From: an uncultured Candidatus Saccharibacteria bacterium
Lineage (GTDB): Bacteria > Patescibacteriota > Minisyncoccia > Phycocordibacterales > Phycocordibacteraceae
Assembly: GCA_964395025.1 (NCBI GenBank)
Contig: CAYMZP010000001.1
Span: 1 to 45,821 of the forward strand
Direction of reading: 5' to 3'
DNA length: 45,821 bases
Position 1 is the first letter of the stretch. Each line of letters begins with the position of its first letter. Shown piece by piece: positions 18,930 through 29,000 of this stretch. The position numbers and the translations under genes are program-made. The notes below the pieces were generated by a model. It did not search any database. It had not been told where the DNA came from and saw only the letters and a list, made by a program, of their open reading frames with translations.

Positions 18930-19945
18930 GGCCTGAATTGAATCGTGAGTTCCGGTAGTGCTACAGGTGAAGTAGGAATATCGTCTGTAGGGACAGCCAT
19001 GAGACTCATAGAAACGGTGTCGAGAGACTCTTCAGTAGCAACTTTGGCACTACGAGCAGTTGGTGCTTCTTCGGTAAATGTCATAACTACCTCTTGATCG
19101 GTTTTCCGTTTAACTACATCCGCAAAACGAAGTGTAGCAATAGTGCGCGTAGCTTCTTCAGCAATACGTACATAGGTTTCTACTGAAAATGTGTCATCTT
19201 CGGAGAACGCATCTACATCCGTAAGTGCTGTGGACAAAGAGCGTGCGAGTGTTTCCGCGGTTTCTTCGGTTTCTCTAGTCCACACTCCATCTTCAATTAC
19301 CGTGAGAAGCTGTTCAACTCGTTCGTATGCACTAGCACGCGCTTCTGTAACATTCTCTTCCGCAACTGACGGAACATAGGTATCTATACGTTCAATAATA
19401 TCTTCTATTGCACGTGCATGTTCTTCAGGAAGACTCGCAGCCTCTGCAGACAGAAGTGTACGGTGTGCTACACGGACGGTCTGTGCTTGTTTTGAAGCAA
19501 TGGGTGAAAGCGACACTGCGTGGGTAAATTCTTTTTCTGCTGAATCAACTGCATATGTCGCTCGTTCTTCAGAGAGTGAACCGGTCACTGCGAGAACTTG
19601 TGCTTCGCGCAACCGTTCTTCACCTAACGCAATGCGGAACTGTGCTTCGTTTTCTTTTCCAATAACAACCAAAGACAGGAGTGGCTCCGTAAGGGTACGT
19701 TTAACGCCATAGAGCGTGTCGCCGGGAATGGCATGACGTGCAGCATACGCACCCACTCCTCCACTACTAATGCACACGAGAAGAAGCACCGCGAAAACGG
19801 AGACGTAGCTCTGCCACAACACGCGCACATGTGTCGCCGTATGTGCGGGACGCATAAGAATCTGAGCACGCATGTATGCACGCTCCGCATCAGTGAGCGA
19901 GTACTCAGGTGTTTTTTTAATAGTGAGAAAATCGTTTGGGTTCAT
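18917..19945 (-). CDS. Anti-sigma-factor-like membrane protein (DUF5667 domain)
   Basis: Short cytoplasmic N-terminus, a single TM helix, then PGDTLYGVKRTLTE and a helical repeat ectodomain. There is a 4-nt overlap with the upstream ECF sigma gene. Confidence 0.6.
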   Translation of the reverse strand: MNPNDFLTIKKTPEYSLTDAERAYMRAQILMRPAHTATHVRVLWQSYVSVFAVLLLVCISSGGVGAYAARHAIPGDTLYGVKRTLTEPLLSLVVIGKENEAQFRIALGEERLREAQVLAVTGSLSEERATYAVDSAEKEFTHAVSLSPIASKQAQTVRVAHRTLLSAEAASLPEEHARAIEDIIERIDTYVPSVAEENVTEARASAYERVEQLLTVIEDGVWTRETEETAETLARSLSTALTDVDAFSEDDTFSVETYVRIAEEATRTIATLRFADVVKRKTDQEVVMTFTEEAPTARSAKVATEESLDTVSMSLMAVPTDDIPTSPVALPELTIQFRPQEP

Positions 19946-20448
19946 GGTGCGGGGGATGTATAGAGTGCACGAAGCTTGGTGAGTCCACGCTTCACGCGAA
20001 CTGAAATGGTGTTGGGTTTTTCGCCAAGAAGCTCAGCTACCTCTTGTATGGGATATCCTTCCACCAAATGCAGGGAAAGCGTAGTCCGATATGGTTCAGA
20101 GACCTGCGAAAGTGCACGAAGTGCACCGCGTGCCTCCGCATGTATTTCAGCGTCTGCGGAAACACCAACTGCTTCAAATGTGCCTTCTGGCAAATCACTC
20201 TCTACTACTGCTTTCTTTTTTTTGTAGTGGTCTTTTATGAGGTTGCGGGTCACCGTAAAAAGAAAGGCTGAGCCGTTTTCTATGCGTGTCTTTGGGCTTT
20301 GCATCCGTTCAAACACACGGGTAAACGCTTCTTGCGTGAGGTCTTTTGCCTCCTCACGAGAACTCGTTTTTGCGTAACAGAGACGAAATACCGCATCGGC
20401 ATGCGTGTCATAGAGCGCCACAAAATCGGTGTGGATCTGTTCTGTCAT
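19942..20448 (-). CDS. ECF-type RNA polymerase sigma-70 family factor
   Basis: Region 2 is DAVFRLCYAKTSSREEAKDLTQEAF. Region 4 HTH is YPIQEVAELLGEKPNTISVRVKRGLTKLR. The start is taken at the MTEQIH Met. Confidence 0.85.
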   Translation of the reverse strand: MTEQIHTDFVALYDTHADAVFRLCYAKTSSREEAKDLTQEAFTRVFERMQSPKTRIENGSAFLFTVTRNLIKDHYKKKKAVVESDLPEGTFEAVGVSADAEIHAEARGALRALSQVSEPYRTTLSLHLVEGYPIQEVAELLGEKPNTISVRVKRGLTKLRALYTSPAP

Positions 20449-20476
20449 AGTAGACGAAGGAGTGGCATATACATGA

Positions 20477-20974
20477 CTATGGCAACAGAGAACCCACGAG
20501 CGCACCGATGAGTATGGCAAGTCCTCCAATTATCACCATACGCGTTATGGAGCGGAAAAACGGCATGCGGGTGACGGCCGCCGCAGCCATACCAAGGAGC
20601 GCAAGCGCTAGCAATGCGCTCATAATAGAAAGTGGTAGTGCCTGCGTCGGCACGAAAAACATATACGGCGCGAGCGGAATAAATCCGGATACAAAATATG
20701 ACACGAACATAATCCCTGAAGCGATGTACGAATGCGTACCGCTTGTAGACTGTTGATTTTCGTATTCTTCGGCAGAAGACTCGGAGAGGAAGCTTCCCGC
20801 AGTCATAGAAAGTGCTTCTACAAAAATCAAAATGACCCCCGTTACGAAAATGTCTCCTCGTTCCATTCCTGCAATAGCAACTCCTGAAAGGAGTCCTACC
20901 GTAGAGACCAAGCTATCCTCTACGCCAAAAATGAAGTTGCGCACATACGCAGCGGGAAATACAAAGCGCTTCAT
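20477..20974 (-). CDS. VIT1/CCC1 family iron/manganese transporter
   Basis: FGVEDSLVSTVGLLSGVA motif and 5 TM helices. Confidence 0.8.
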   Translation of the reverse strand: MKRFVFPAAYVRNFIFGVEDSLVSTVGLLSGVAIAGMERGDIFVTGVILIFVEALSMTAGSFLSESSAEEYENQQSTSGTHSYIASGIMFVSYFVSGFIPLAPYMFFVPTQALPLSIMSALLALALLGMAAAAVTRMPFFRSITRMVIIGGLAILIGALVGSLLP

Positions 20975-21006
20975 ATGTCTATGGTAGCAAGGAACGGCAC
21001 TACGCC

Positions 21007-22191
21007 CTAGGTACTCGACTTCTTCCTACGCAGACTCTTTTTACGCTTTAACACGGTTTCTGCTTCATCAAGTTCCTCTTCAAACGAAGCCAAGAACTCG
21101 AGCTCTTCTTTGGTCAAAATGCGGTCTTCGCTTGCGTTTCTGATTTTTCGTACGTGCGTATTCAGGTCTTTTTTGAGAATATCGAAGACACGACGTGTCA
21201 CATCTCGCGCTTCGTTTTCACGTGCATGTATTTCGCGCGTCATTCTAAATAAGCGGTCAAAGCCTATCGCATGCAATACACCAAGGAGTCCAATACTTGC
21301 AAGTATCACCAGTGCGAAGAGTGCAAGATGTCCCACACCGAGCCATCCGAACATCCCTTTCCAGTCAGTACGTACTTCAAGTGGAAGGGTGTCTGACTCT
21401 GGACTAACACTTCCGTCTTCAGTAGTTACGCGCAAGCGAAGTGTGTATGAGCCAGCAGGAAGATGCTTTGCAAGCACAAATGCAAAGTCCCCCTCAGGTG
21501 CGCTGTATGCATATTCCGTATTGAGCAAGGAACCTCCTTGATATACCAAGAGCTCTACTACTCCTCTACCGTACGTGGTCCCACGAAGCGCAACCAAATC
21601 GTTGATACCCACTTCAGCGTCATAGTAGGTCACTTGTGGTGGTGTAGTAGCAGGAACGGTTGTATCCACCTCTTCATGTGGTGCTACCTCTACCGTTTCG
21701 GGTGCTTGTGGTTCGACCGGTGTAGTAAGGGATTCGGTAATAGTGTATGACGCGCTTCCTGTGCTTGTTAAAATGCTGGTCCCTTGTCCATCATTTGCCA
21801 ACACAGATGCATCAGAGAACGTCAGCGTGCCACTTCCCTCGCTCCGTGGCACAAGAACAAAACTAGCCACTTTTGCACCAGCACCTTGATACCCAGGATT
21901 CATCACGACACCCTCTAGCATAACCGTGTTTCCAGAAACCGTAGGTTGCTGTACCCAGAAATTCACCACCGACCCGACAGAAGAAGCAGACACAACGGTA
22001 AAACGTTCACTCGGCACCTGTATCTGTGCAGAAATAGCGTTCAGTGCTTGGTCTGTGCTTGCGGCATATACCGTTACCGTAAACGGCTTCCCTATGGTTT
22101 GCGTACCTGAAGAAGGAGAAAAATATAATGTTGCCGCACTCGCAGAGAACGGCATAGCAAAAATGAGTACAAGAAAAAGTACTATTTTCAT
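21007..22191 (-). CDS. Cohesin-like domain surface protein with a C-terminal TM anchor and a cytoplasmic coiled-coil tail
   Basis: Signal peptide MKIVLFLVLIFAMPFSASA. The cohesin-like N-domain reads LYFSPSSGTQTIGKPFTVTVYA...NFWVQQPTVSGNTVMLEGVV...LANDGQGTSI. An Ig-like middle domain, a TM helix and an ~85-aa charged tail follow. The ATG at 22191 gives an ATGA overlap with the upstream gene. Confidence 0.7.
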   Translation of the reverse strand: MKIVLFLVLIFAMPFSASAATLYFSPSSGTQTIGKPFTVTVYAASTDQALNAISAQIQVPSERFTVVSASSVGSVVNFWVQQPTVSGNTVMLEGVVMNPGYQGAGAKVASFVLVPRSEGSGTLTFSDASVLANDGQGTSILTSTGSASYTITESLTTPVEPQAPETVEVAPHEEVDTTVPATTPPQVTYYDAEVGINDLVALRGTTYGRGVVELLVYQGGSLLNTEYAYSAPEGDFAFVLAKHLPAGSYTLRLRVTTEDGSVSPESDTLPLEVRTDWKGMFGWLGVGHLALFALVILASIGLLGVLHAIGFDRLFRMTREIHARENEARDVTRRVFDILKKDLNTHVRKIRNASEDRILTKEELEFLASFEEELDEAETVLKRKKSLRRKKSST

Positions 22192-23027
22192 ACACGACGT
22201 TTCCTCCAGTATACCCGCCATACCACAACGCAAAGTATAAGGAGTGCAAAAACGAGTGCTGATACGACCGCAATTCCTGTATGACGACCGGCAACACGCG
22301 TCTCGATAAAGTTCCCAGCGTAATCATATGCACGCACTGAAAGTGGTACGAGCCCAAACCGGTCACGAACTGCATATAGATATCCTGTACGCTCCCACGC
22401 ACTTCTTCCTTCCTGCACTTCAAAATACGCAATGCCACTGTCTGCATCAAAACTGGAGATAATGAGTGACGGACGACCTTCAAGCACTCGTGTGTCACGG
22501 AACGATTGTACGTCAATGTACTCCGGCGGAGTGCGGTCAGTAGTAAATGTCCCTACGCGCTCTTCGGTCTGCATCAGCTCATCAGAAAGGGCAATGCGCG
22601 TACCTTTCCCATCATTCATGTATAGTGCAGCATCTGCAACGCGCACTTCTTCTACCGGTTTGTTTGTCTCAAAAGACAAGAGTGCACCAGGACCATGCAA
22701 TCCTTCTCCCGAACGGGCACTTCCTGTAAACCCTCCAGGAATAATACCGGCAAAGCGAATGGTGTTACCGGACGCGGTAGGTGTTTCGAGCCAATACGAG
22801 ATGATACTTCCACCCGTAAATACGGTAGGCACTGAGACGTCATCAGGAAGTGTTAGCGTTCCCTCAACAGCATTTATAGCAGTAGTTGTAGCTACGAGAT
22901 ATACAGAAACGCGAGATGTGGTATCACTACGCATTTCTTCCAATAAAAAAGTGGCGTGTACAAAAGAAGGCACACAGAGGAAACAGAGGAGAGAGAGTAA
23001 GAAAGTACGCATACTTAGTTGGTCCAA
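22188..23027 (-). CDS. Cohesin-like domain surface protein with a C-terminal TM anchor (paralog of the 21007-22191 N-domain)
   Basis: Has a signal peptide. INAVEGTLTLP...SYWLETPTASGNTIRFAGIIPGGFTG...MNDGKGTRI aligns with the neighbouring cohesin-like domain. The C-terminal TM helix ends in WRKRRV. Confidence 0.6.
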   Translation of the reverse strand: MDQLSMRTFLLSLLCFLCVPSFVHATFLLEEMRSDTTSRVSVYLVATTTAINAVEGTLTLPDDVSVPTVFTGGSIISYWLETPTASGNTIRFAGIIPGGFTGSARSGEGLHGPGALLSFETNKPVEEVRVADAALYMNDGKGTRIALSDELMQTEERVGTFTTDRTPPEYIDVQSFRDTRVLEGRPSLIISSFDADSGIAYFEVQEGRSAWERTGYLYAVRDRFGLVPLSVRAYDYAGNFIETRVAGRHTGIAVVSALVFALLILCVVVWRVYWRKRRV

Positions 23028-24103
23028 TGATACGCCATGATAGAAAAGTCCACGATATCAATCTTCCCGTCTCCAGAAAGACGCTCAGACTCATCCACGA
23101 CGAGCACCGATGAAAGCGGACGCTGATACCAATACGCGGCAATAGAAAAGTCTAAAATATTTACTCGGTTGTCTTTATTTAAATCCCCTTTCATGAGGAC
23201 CACTGAGGTCGCACCTGTTTGCGACACTATAAAATCCACCACCTTACTTTCAGCAGACACACGGGCTGAAAGTGCCGTTTGCGACTGTGCAGTATGGTCG
23301 CCGACCTCAAGAATGGAAGAGTTGAACTCTAAAAGGTACGTACCATTAGGGTCACTCGCTGCTGAGAAAAAGTGAGGTTCTTCTGAGTTCACTTCAAGTG
23401 TCACGGCACCAAACGGAACACTTTGTCCAAAAAACCGTACCGTATCTCCGCGACGCACGTCACGAGAAGAAACTGAAAGCGTAGGTGCTAAAAATATGCC
23501 TCCCACTTCCGTAGAAGACCCCTCGGTAAGAGTGATAGGAATAGAAAAGAGTGCGGAGCGACTTCCGCTTGCGTCCACACCCACAAGCGCAAGTGTATGA
23601 CTTCCCTCTGGAATGGAGAGTGTAATAGTAAATCGAGAATCAGGACCTGCTTCAGAGCGAACGACGAGTCTGTTATTTCTGTAGAGAAGCACACCACTTC
23701 GTGGATATGCATTTCCGGATAGTGTGACGGTTGCACGGTCACCTCCACCCCCTCCTCCACCACCTCCACCTCCGCCTCCGCCGCTACCTCCAGACGGTAG
23801 ATTCACTTCACTCATATCCGTAACACTGTCGCATCCCGGGTCGTTTGGATAATCGGTTAAAGAATCTCCGTCGTTATCTAAGCCGTCGCTACAAATGTAA
23901 ACTGGGTCGGTTTCATCATCATCAAGCACCGAAGAACAGCCCGGATCATCTGGGTAATCAGTAAGAGAATCTCCGTCATTATCGTTCCCATCAAGACATT
24001 CAGGAATAAAAACGGTCACCGATACACTCGTGGTATCCGCGTATAGGACGAGCGGTATAAGCACCGCACTCACCAACAAGAGGATGGCGCCGAAGCGCAT
24101 CAT
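23015..24103 (-). CDS. Secreted dockerin-domain protein with two CxDGxDNDGDSLTDYPxDPGC modules and a poly-Gly linker
   Basis: The C-terminus carries a duplicated dockerin Ca-loop/helix: GDLNKDNRVNILDFSIAAYWY and GDGKIDIVDFSIMAYHW. The N-terminus has a signal peptide, the two Cys-bounded Asp-rich modules and a long poly-Gly linker (GGSGGGGGGGGGGGGGG). Confidence 0.8.
   Translation of the reverse strand: MMRFGAILLLVSAVLIPLVLYADTTSVSVTVFIPECLDGNDNDGDSLTDYPDDPGCSSVLDDDETDPVYICSDGLDNDGDSLTDYPNDPGCDSVTDMSEVNLPSGGSGGGGGGGGGGGGGGDRATVTLSGNAYPRSGVLLYRNNRLVVRSEAGPDSRFTITLSIPEGSHTLALVGVDASGSRSALFSIPITLTEGSSTEVGGIFLAPTLSVSSRDVRRGDTVRFFGQSVPFGAVTLEVNSEEPHFFSAASDPNGTYLLEFNSSILEVGDHTAQSQTALSARVSAESKVVDFIVSQTGATSVVLMKGDLNKDNRVNILDFSIAAYWYQRPLSSVLVVDESERLSGDGKIDIVDFSIMAYHWTN
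23741..23797 (-). repeat. Coding (GGN)n tract (poly-Gly linker)
   Basis: The plus strand reads ACCTCCACCCCCTCCTCCACCACCTCCACCTCCGCCTCCGCCGCTACCTCC. Confidence 0.8.
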
Positions 24104-24993
24104 GTCCGTGCTACACGATTACGTTTTTTGAGTACCAAGAATGCAAAGATGCCAAGTATAAGCACAACGAGTATAGCGCCACCTCCTATGAGATACGGCA
24201 TAGCTTTCTCAAAAAATGTTTTTTCGTACACATTAAAAACGGTACGGAGTTCTCCCACCATACTGTTTCCTTCGTATACTTTTACATGTCCCCAGTATTC
24301 TCCAGGTGCAATGTAAATATCAAGTGGGAACACAACCTCAGAACCACCCTCAGAAAAAGCAGGGATTCTTTTTACTTCTCTATTTTCAGCATACGCGAGA
24401 CGGATTTCACCAAACTTGTTAAAGAGTTCGAATGTCACAGCGTCAGGTCCAGAGGGTACGTTACCGGTATTAGCAATATCAACTCGAGCACGCGGGTCTT
24501 CTCCTTCAGTAATATCTAGAATGTCTATTTGCTTGAGCGAAAACTCGCTTACGACTCCTTCACCAACTACCAAATCAAGCGTTACGAGTCCGCCAAGTGC
24601 AATCGCTACTTCGCCACCCTCATCAGCACGCTCGGGTACTGCCGTAATACGTATCTCTCCCCCATACACACCAAACGGTGCATCGTCGGGAACGTCTACC
24701 CGAATAACAAGGGGAAACTGTTGTACCCCTTTTGGAATGGTAATCGGACGACCTTGCGGGAAGGAAATCCAGGATGCGATTTCAGAGTTGACTTCGAGTT
24801 CTATCGGAATGTCTCTATCAGGGACTCCTTGTACCAAGTACACAATTCGCTCAAGTGAGATACCGCGCACTAACCGGTCTTCTTCAATAAGAGGCGGAGA
24901 AACACCAAAGCCTGCAAGCGCTACGAATGGGCCAGCAAAAAGTAGTGCAAAAAGCGTGAGGCCTAGTGCCGATGACGTGAAGAAAGTGTTCAT
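24100..24993 (-). CDS. Secreted two-Ig-like-domain protein with a C-terminal TM anchor (architecture reminiscent of DUF916/DUF3324 CscA-type proteins)
   Basis: Signal peptide, then two beta-rich domains (FGVSPPLIEE...GVYGGEIRITAV and DIANTGNVPSG...GEYWGHVKVY), then a TM helix plus KKRNRVART. There is a 4-nt overlap with the dockerin gene. Confidence 0.6.
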   Translation of the reverse strand: MNTFFTSSALGLTLFALLFAGPFVALAGFGVSPPLIEEDRLVRGISLERIVYLVQGVPDRDIPIELEVNSEIASWISFPQGRPITIPKGVQQFPLVIRVDVPDDAPFGVYGGEIRITAVPERADEGGEVAIALGGLVTLDLVVGEGVVSEFSLKQIDILDITEGEDPRARVDIANTGNVPSGPDAVTFELFNKFGEIRLAYAENREVKRIPAFSEGGSEVVFPLDIYIAPGEYWGHVKVYEGNSMVGELRTVFNVYEKTFFEKAMPYLIGGGAILVVLILGIFAFLVLKKRNRVART

Positions 24994-25015
24994 ACGCGCA
25001 AGCCTCCAATCATTC

Positions 25016-25951
25016 CTAGTCGGTCACTGCGGTGAAGGTGTTCTGTCCTGTATAGCTTCCCGGCGTCTGTCCGTTTGGAATACCAATACCCCAGAGCACG
25101 TCGTCGGTGACCGGAGTGGTGGTTGAGGTAGGTTTCGCCAACACCGTTTCAACAGTTACTGGAGTATTCGTGAGGTCAGTACCTGCACCGTACGTGAAGG
25201 AGTTGAGACTATACTCCTGCTGTTCTGCTTGGAGCGTGCTTCCTGCACATCCCGGGTAGTCCGTACACATATCATCACCTGAAAGCTCTGTATCAAGCGC
25301 ATTATTTCCAGTGTTTGTAATGGTCGTCGTTTGATTAGTTGCAGCTGTGTCAGCGTTTGCAGCTACAGAGCCAAATGCGATGGAAGAAGTGACGTTCAGT
25401 GCGTTCAGCGTATTCACTTCTATCGTTTGAGCAGTGTTTGTAGCAACATGAGAATCTGTTCCGTCCGTAGACGTTGCAGCAAACGACCAGATAGACGATG
25501 CGGATGCACCTGAGTCAGTTGGTGTTGCGGTATACCAGATACGGAAACCGCAGTCGTACTGTACGGACGTATCCCCGCCACCATCGCACGTATTGCCGGT
25601 CGTTGTTGCCACACACACAGAGGTGTAACAGGAGTTGCCGTTATACGAGCAACCACTACCACTATTTGCTGGAGAAGCGAGATAAAACTTTGAAGTAACC
25701 GACGTAATAGTGCTACAGCCGTTTGCATCAGTAACCGTTACCGTGCCAGTTGCGTTCACATAGGTATTCTCAGTCAATGTGACGTCTGAACCCCCGTGGA
25801 AACTTGCGGCAGACGTAACGGGAGCCGAGTTCCCAACAGTCACTGACGTAGAAGCAGTGTCTGCAAGCACAATGCTATACGCACAAAGCCCTGCAATCAC
25901 TAAAATAGTTGCAGGGATACATAGGTACGCAGGAACGCGGTAAACATTCAT
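25016..25951 (-). CDS. Secreted beta-rich protein, small paralog of the C-terminal two-domain module of the 1195-aa protein
   Basis: N-terminal hydrophobic signal or anchor. The segments VTLTENTYVNATGTVTVTDANG, IEVNTLNALNVTSSIAFGSV...ITNTGNNALD and C-terminal DDVLWGIGIPNGQTPGSYTGQNTFTAVTD all align with the large neighbour. Confidence 0.6.
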   Translation of the reverse strand: MNVYRVPAYLCIPATILVIAGLCAYSIVLADTASTSVTVGNSAPVTSAASFHGGSDVTLTENTYVNATGTVTVTDANGCSTITSVTSKFYLASPANSGSGCSYNGNSCYTSVCVATTTGNTCDGGGDTSVQYDCGFRIWYTATPTDSGASASSIWSFAATSTDGTDSHVATNTAQTIEVNTLNALNVTSSIAFGSVAANADTAATNQTTTITNTGNNALDTELSGDDMCTDYPGCAGSTLQAEQQEYSLNSFTYGAGTDLTNTPVTVETVLAKPTSTTTPVTDDVLWGIGIPNGQTPGSYTGQNTFTAVTD

Positions 25952-26024
25952 GGGTAAGTATTTAATGCTCTATATACACTAAAGTATACGGGCTTCATGC
26001 CTCACAAACAGGTGACTATCCCCA

Positions 26025-29000
26025 CTAGATGCCAGTGACTGCAGTGAAAGTATTAGTGCCAGTATATGAACCGGCGGGAGTGCCGTTTGGTACTCCCAGT
26101 CCCCAAAACACATCGTCACTCAAACTTCCTGCTTCAGAGTATATAAGCACTATGAGTCCTTGAAGGCCTAGCGCACCTGCACCGGCAACTATTGAAGAGC
26201 CAGAACCACGTCCACCACCTCCACCTCCGCCTCCACCGCCTCCATACTCGCCACCTATACCACCAGCACCACCACCACCTGCATCGCGTCCACCTCCGCC
26301 ACCTCCTCCTCCGCCCCCACCACTACCTACACTAGTCCACTCACTACCATCACCACCAGGGTCACCTGCCGTTGCTTGACCTCCTTCGTCTACAGAACCA
26401 GTACCAGCAGAACCTCCTGCACCACCACTTCCATTATTCCCTGCACCTCCTGTACCGCCATTACTACCGTTTGACGCGCCTCCAACAGAACCAGCTGTGC
26501 CTATGACACCATCTCCAGACGCACCTCCTGCACCTCCGCCTCCGCCTCCGCCAGATCCGCCGTCATTCCCTCCTGTACTTTGACCATTACCACCCGCTCC
26601 GCCTGAGTAAAGTGTGTCACCGACACCACTGCCACTTGCACCACCTCCACCGCCCGTAGTACCAGATCCACCACTTCCTCCTTTTGCAAGAAGCGTGCCC
26701 ATGCTTTCAAACCACGTATCGCCTCCAGCACTCCCTATACCACCCCCACTTCCAATGGAAATATCTATCGTATCGCTCGGCGTCAACGAATGGTTAGTGA
26801 GAATAGATATGGCACCACCACCTCCACCACCTCCACTATTACCACCGTTAGAACCATCACCATTTGCACCATTTGCACCCCCACCTCCCCCACCAATTAC
26901 AAAAATACTATTGTCACTTGAGTTCCAGTCTACCGGCACTTCCCACGTAGTTCCAGAAGTGAGAATCGTCATGACTTCTTCTCCCGTATCAGAAGTTCTC
27001 TGTGGAAGGGTAAGGTTGAAGGCGGTTGGCGTACCCGAAAGTGCGGTACCTCCACTTGAATAGGTAAATGCTGAGGCGCTATATTTTTGTTGCGATGCAA
27101 GAATGGAACCACTACCTCCGTCAGTCATAGCAATGCCAGAGAGTTGTGGGTCCATGTCCACATTTCCCGTGTTGGTTACCGTCGTCGATTGGTTTGTCGT
27201 ACCCGTATCGGTGTTCGCGTTCACTGTGCCATACGCAATCGTAGAAGTAACGTCGAGCGCCAAGAGAGATGCTACTTCTATGGTATCTACCGCCGGTGTT
27301 CCTGTTGCAGCACCGTCATAGGCGTGCATCTCGCAACTCCATGTGTCTGCAGAGTACGCACTGCCCGCGTCGGTGGCGTCTGCATAGTATTGAATGGGAA
27401 ATGTGCAGGTATACGTTTCGGAGTTACCAGCACCTCCCGAAGGAATGCACTCGCTGTCTCCGTAGAGTCGGTATAGGTTGTTATTGTCACTCGCGGAAGA
27501 TGTGCCAATAGATGTGCGATAGAAAAAAGCACCTACTCGCTCTATATCTTCATACCCGTTTGTATCCGTAGCTGTCCCTGAGCAGATCACATTTTTTGTG
27601 GTGTTTTCAGTGAGCGTTACAGAAACTGCACCAGAATCTACTGAAACTCCGGACACAATAGGGAGCGCGTTACTTCCCACTGCTCCTGTAGTAAGTTGCG
27701 GAATAACACTATACGCATCTAGTTCAGTTCCGTCGCTTTTCACCATGCGAAAACAATAGTCGGTTTCTGCCGGTGCACCGTTATCCGTCAAAGAAAAATC
27801 CCACTTTGCATCTTGATTGTCTGGCACATATGCTTCCGAATTACTGAAGGTATTCAATTCCTCGTACGTTTGATTCACAATCGTGTGTCCACTATGTGTT
27901 GGGTCACTGCCATTTGCTGTAAGCGCGTCTCCATCGGCGGGAGTGCCGTTGTCTTTATATGCAATTGCTGTTGCACCTGTCACATCCACATACGTTTCTC
28001 CTGAAAAGCCTATGTCGCAGGAACCTGACATGGGAGAAAATTGGAGTTTGAATGAATGTTCATCAATACCAGCACCCTCATCTATGTGCATGAGCATACG
28101 TAAACGCACATCATCTCCACCTGAGGCAAGCTCCGCAGGAGTGTCTTGTGCTGCAAGTGCTGAACCGACGTTAGTACTATTTGCGCCTTCGAAAAAGCGG
28201 TACGCAGATTGTGTGTACACGGCTAAATCTCTCACCGTATTCCCGTACAAGTCATTCCCTGTTGTTGCCGTAACATCATGGTAAAGCGCAAACAAACGTT
28301 GCGCAGAAGAGTTATCAATAGAAACAGCGCGGTGGTTGCGGTCGGTATCACTCGAGAGAAGATTGTCTATACTCCACGTACTTCCATCATCAGTAGACAC
28401 CGAGTAATACACATCGTTTGCCGTTGCCGACGCACCACGCGAATACACTACGTACAAATCACCGGTGTTTTGGTCTATGCCGATAGAAGAATCGGTAATG
28501 GCAGATGTGCCGTCCGTTGTGTTTGGCCAGGCGTCGGTTAGCTCTGCCCACGAGCTTCCGTTATATCGTGCCCCCCGCACCTCACTGGTATTTGTGGTGC
28601 CTGGTACATGTACATACGAAACGTAGAGATTGCTCGTAGTTAGATCTACCGTTCCCGATAATGCATGCGTATACGTGGTGCTGTCCGTAACACTCGAAGC
28701 GAGCGTCGTGAAGTTTGAAGACCAGCTATTTGCTGAATCGTCATACACTTTATATTCAACAACGTGTGCAGTGATGTCGTGAGAAACAAGCATCATGTCT
28801 CCCGCATCGTGGGTGGCATTGTCAGGGAGCGGTAACAGTACAATCGCATGCACAGCGTCTACGTCTGCCGTATCTCCGTCCCACGGGTTACTACCGGCGG
28901 AAGCCCAATTAGCGGTATTGGTACAATCGCTTCCATTTGGACATTTGTGTGCAAAGGTTGCCGGTGCGGTTGGTGCTGTTTCGTCTACCGTGATTGCATA

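Noticed and set aside
24416-25126. Antisense ORFs within the surface operon (for example 24416..25126, 26614..27063, 27883..28284, 28795..29289, 30837..31544, 22432..23040, 22007..22516)
   Set aside because: They are shadow ORFs opposite long Gly/Thr/Ser-rich genes. Their translations are Pro/Ser/Arg-rich and have no motifs. The minus-strand frames carry signal peptides and recognisable domains.
23741-26340. Repetitive CCACC/CCTCC DNA considered as a possible CRISPR array or tandem-repeat locus
   Set aside because: The repeats are trinucleotide Gly codons inside long ORFs. There is no repeat-spacer periodicity and there are no cas genes. No CRISPR array is present in the window.
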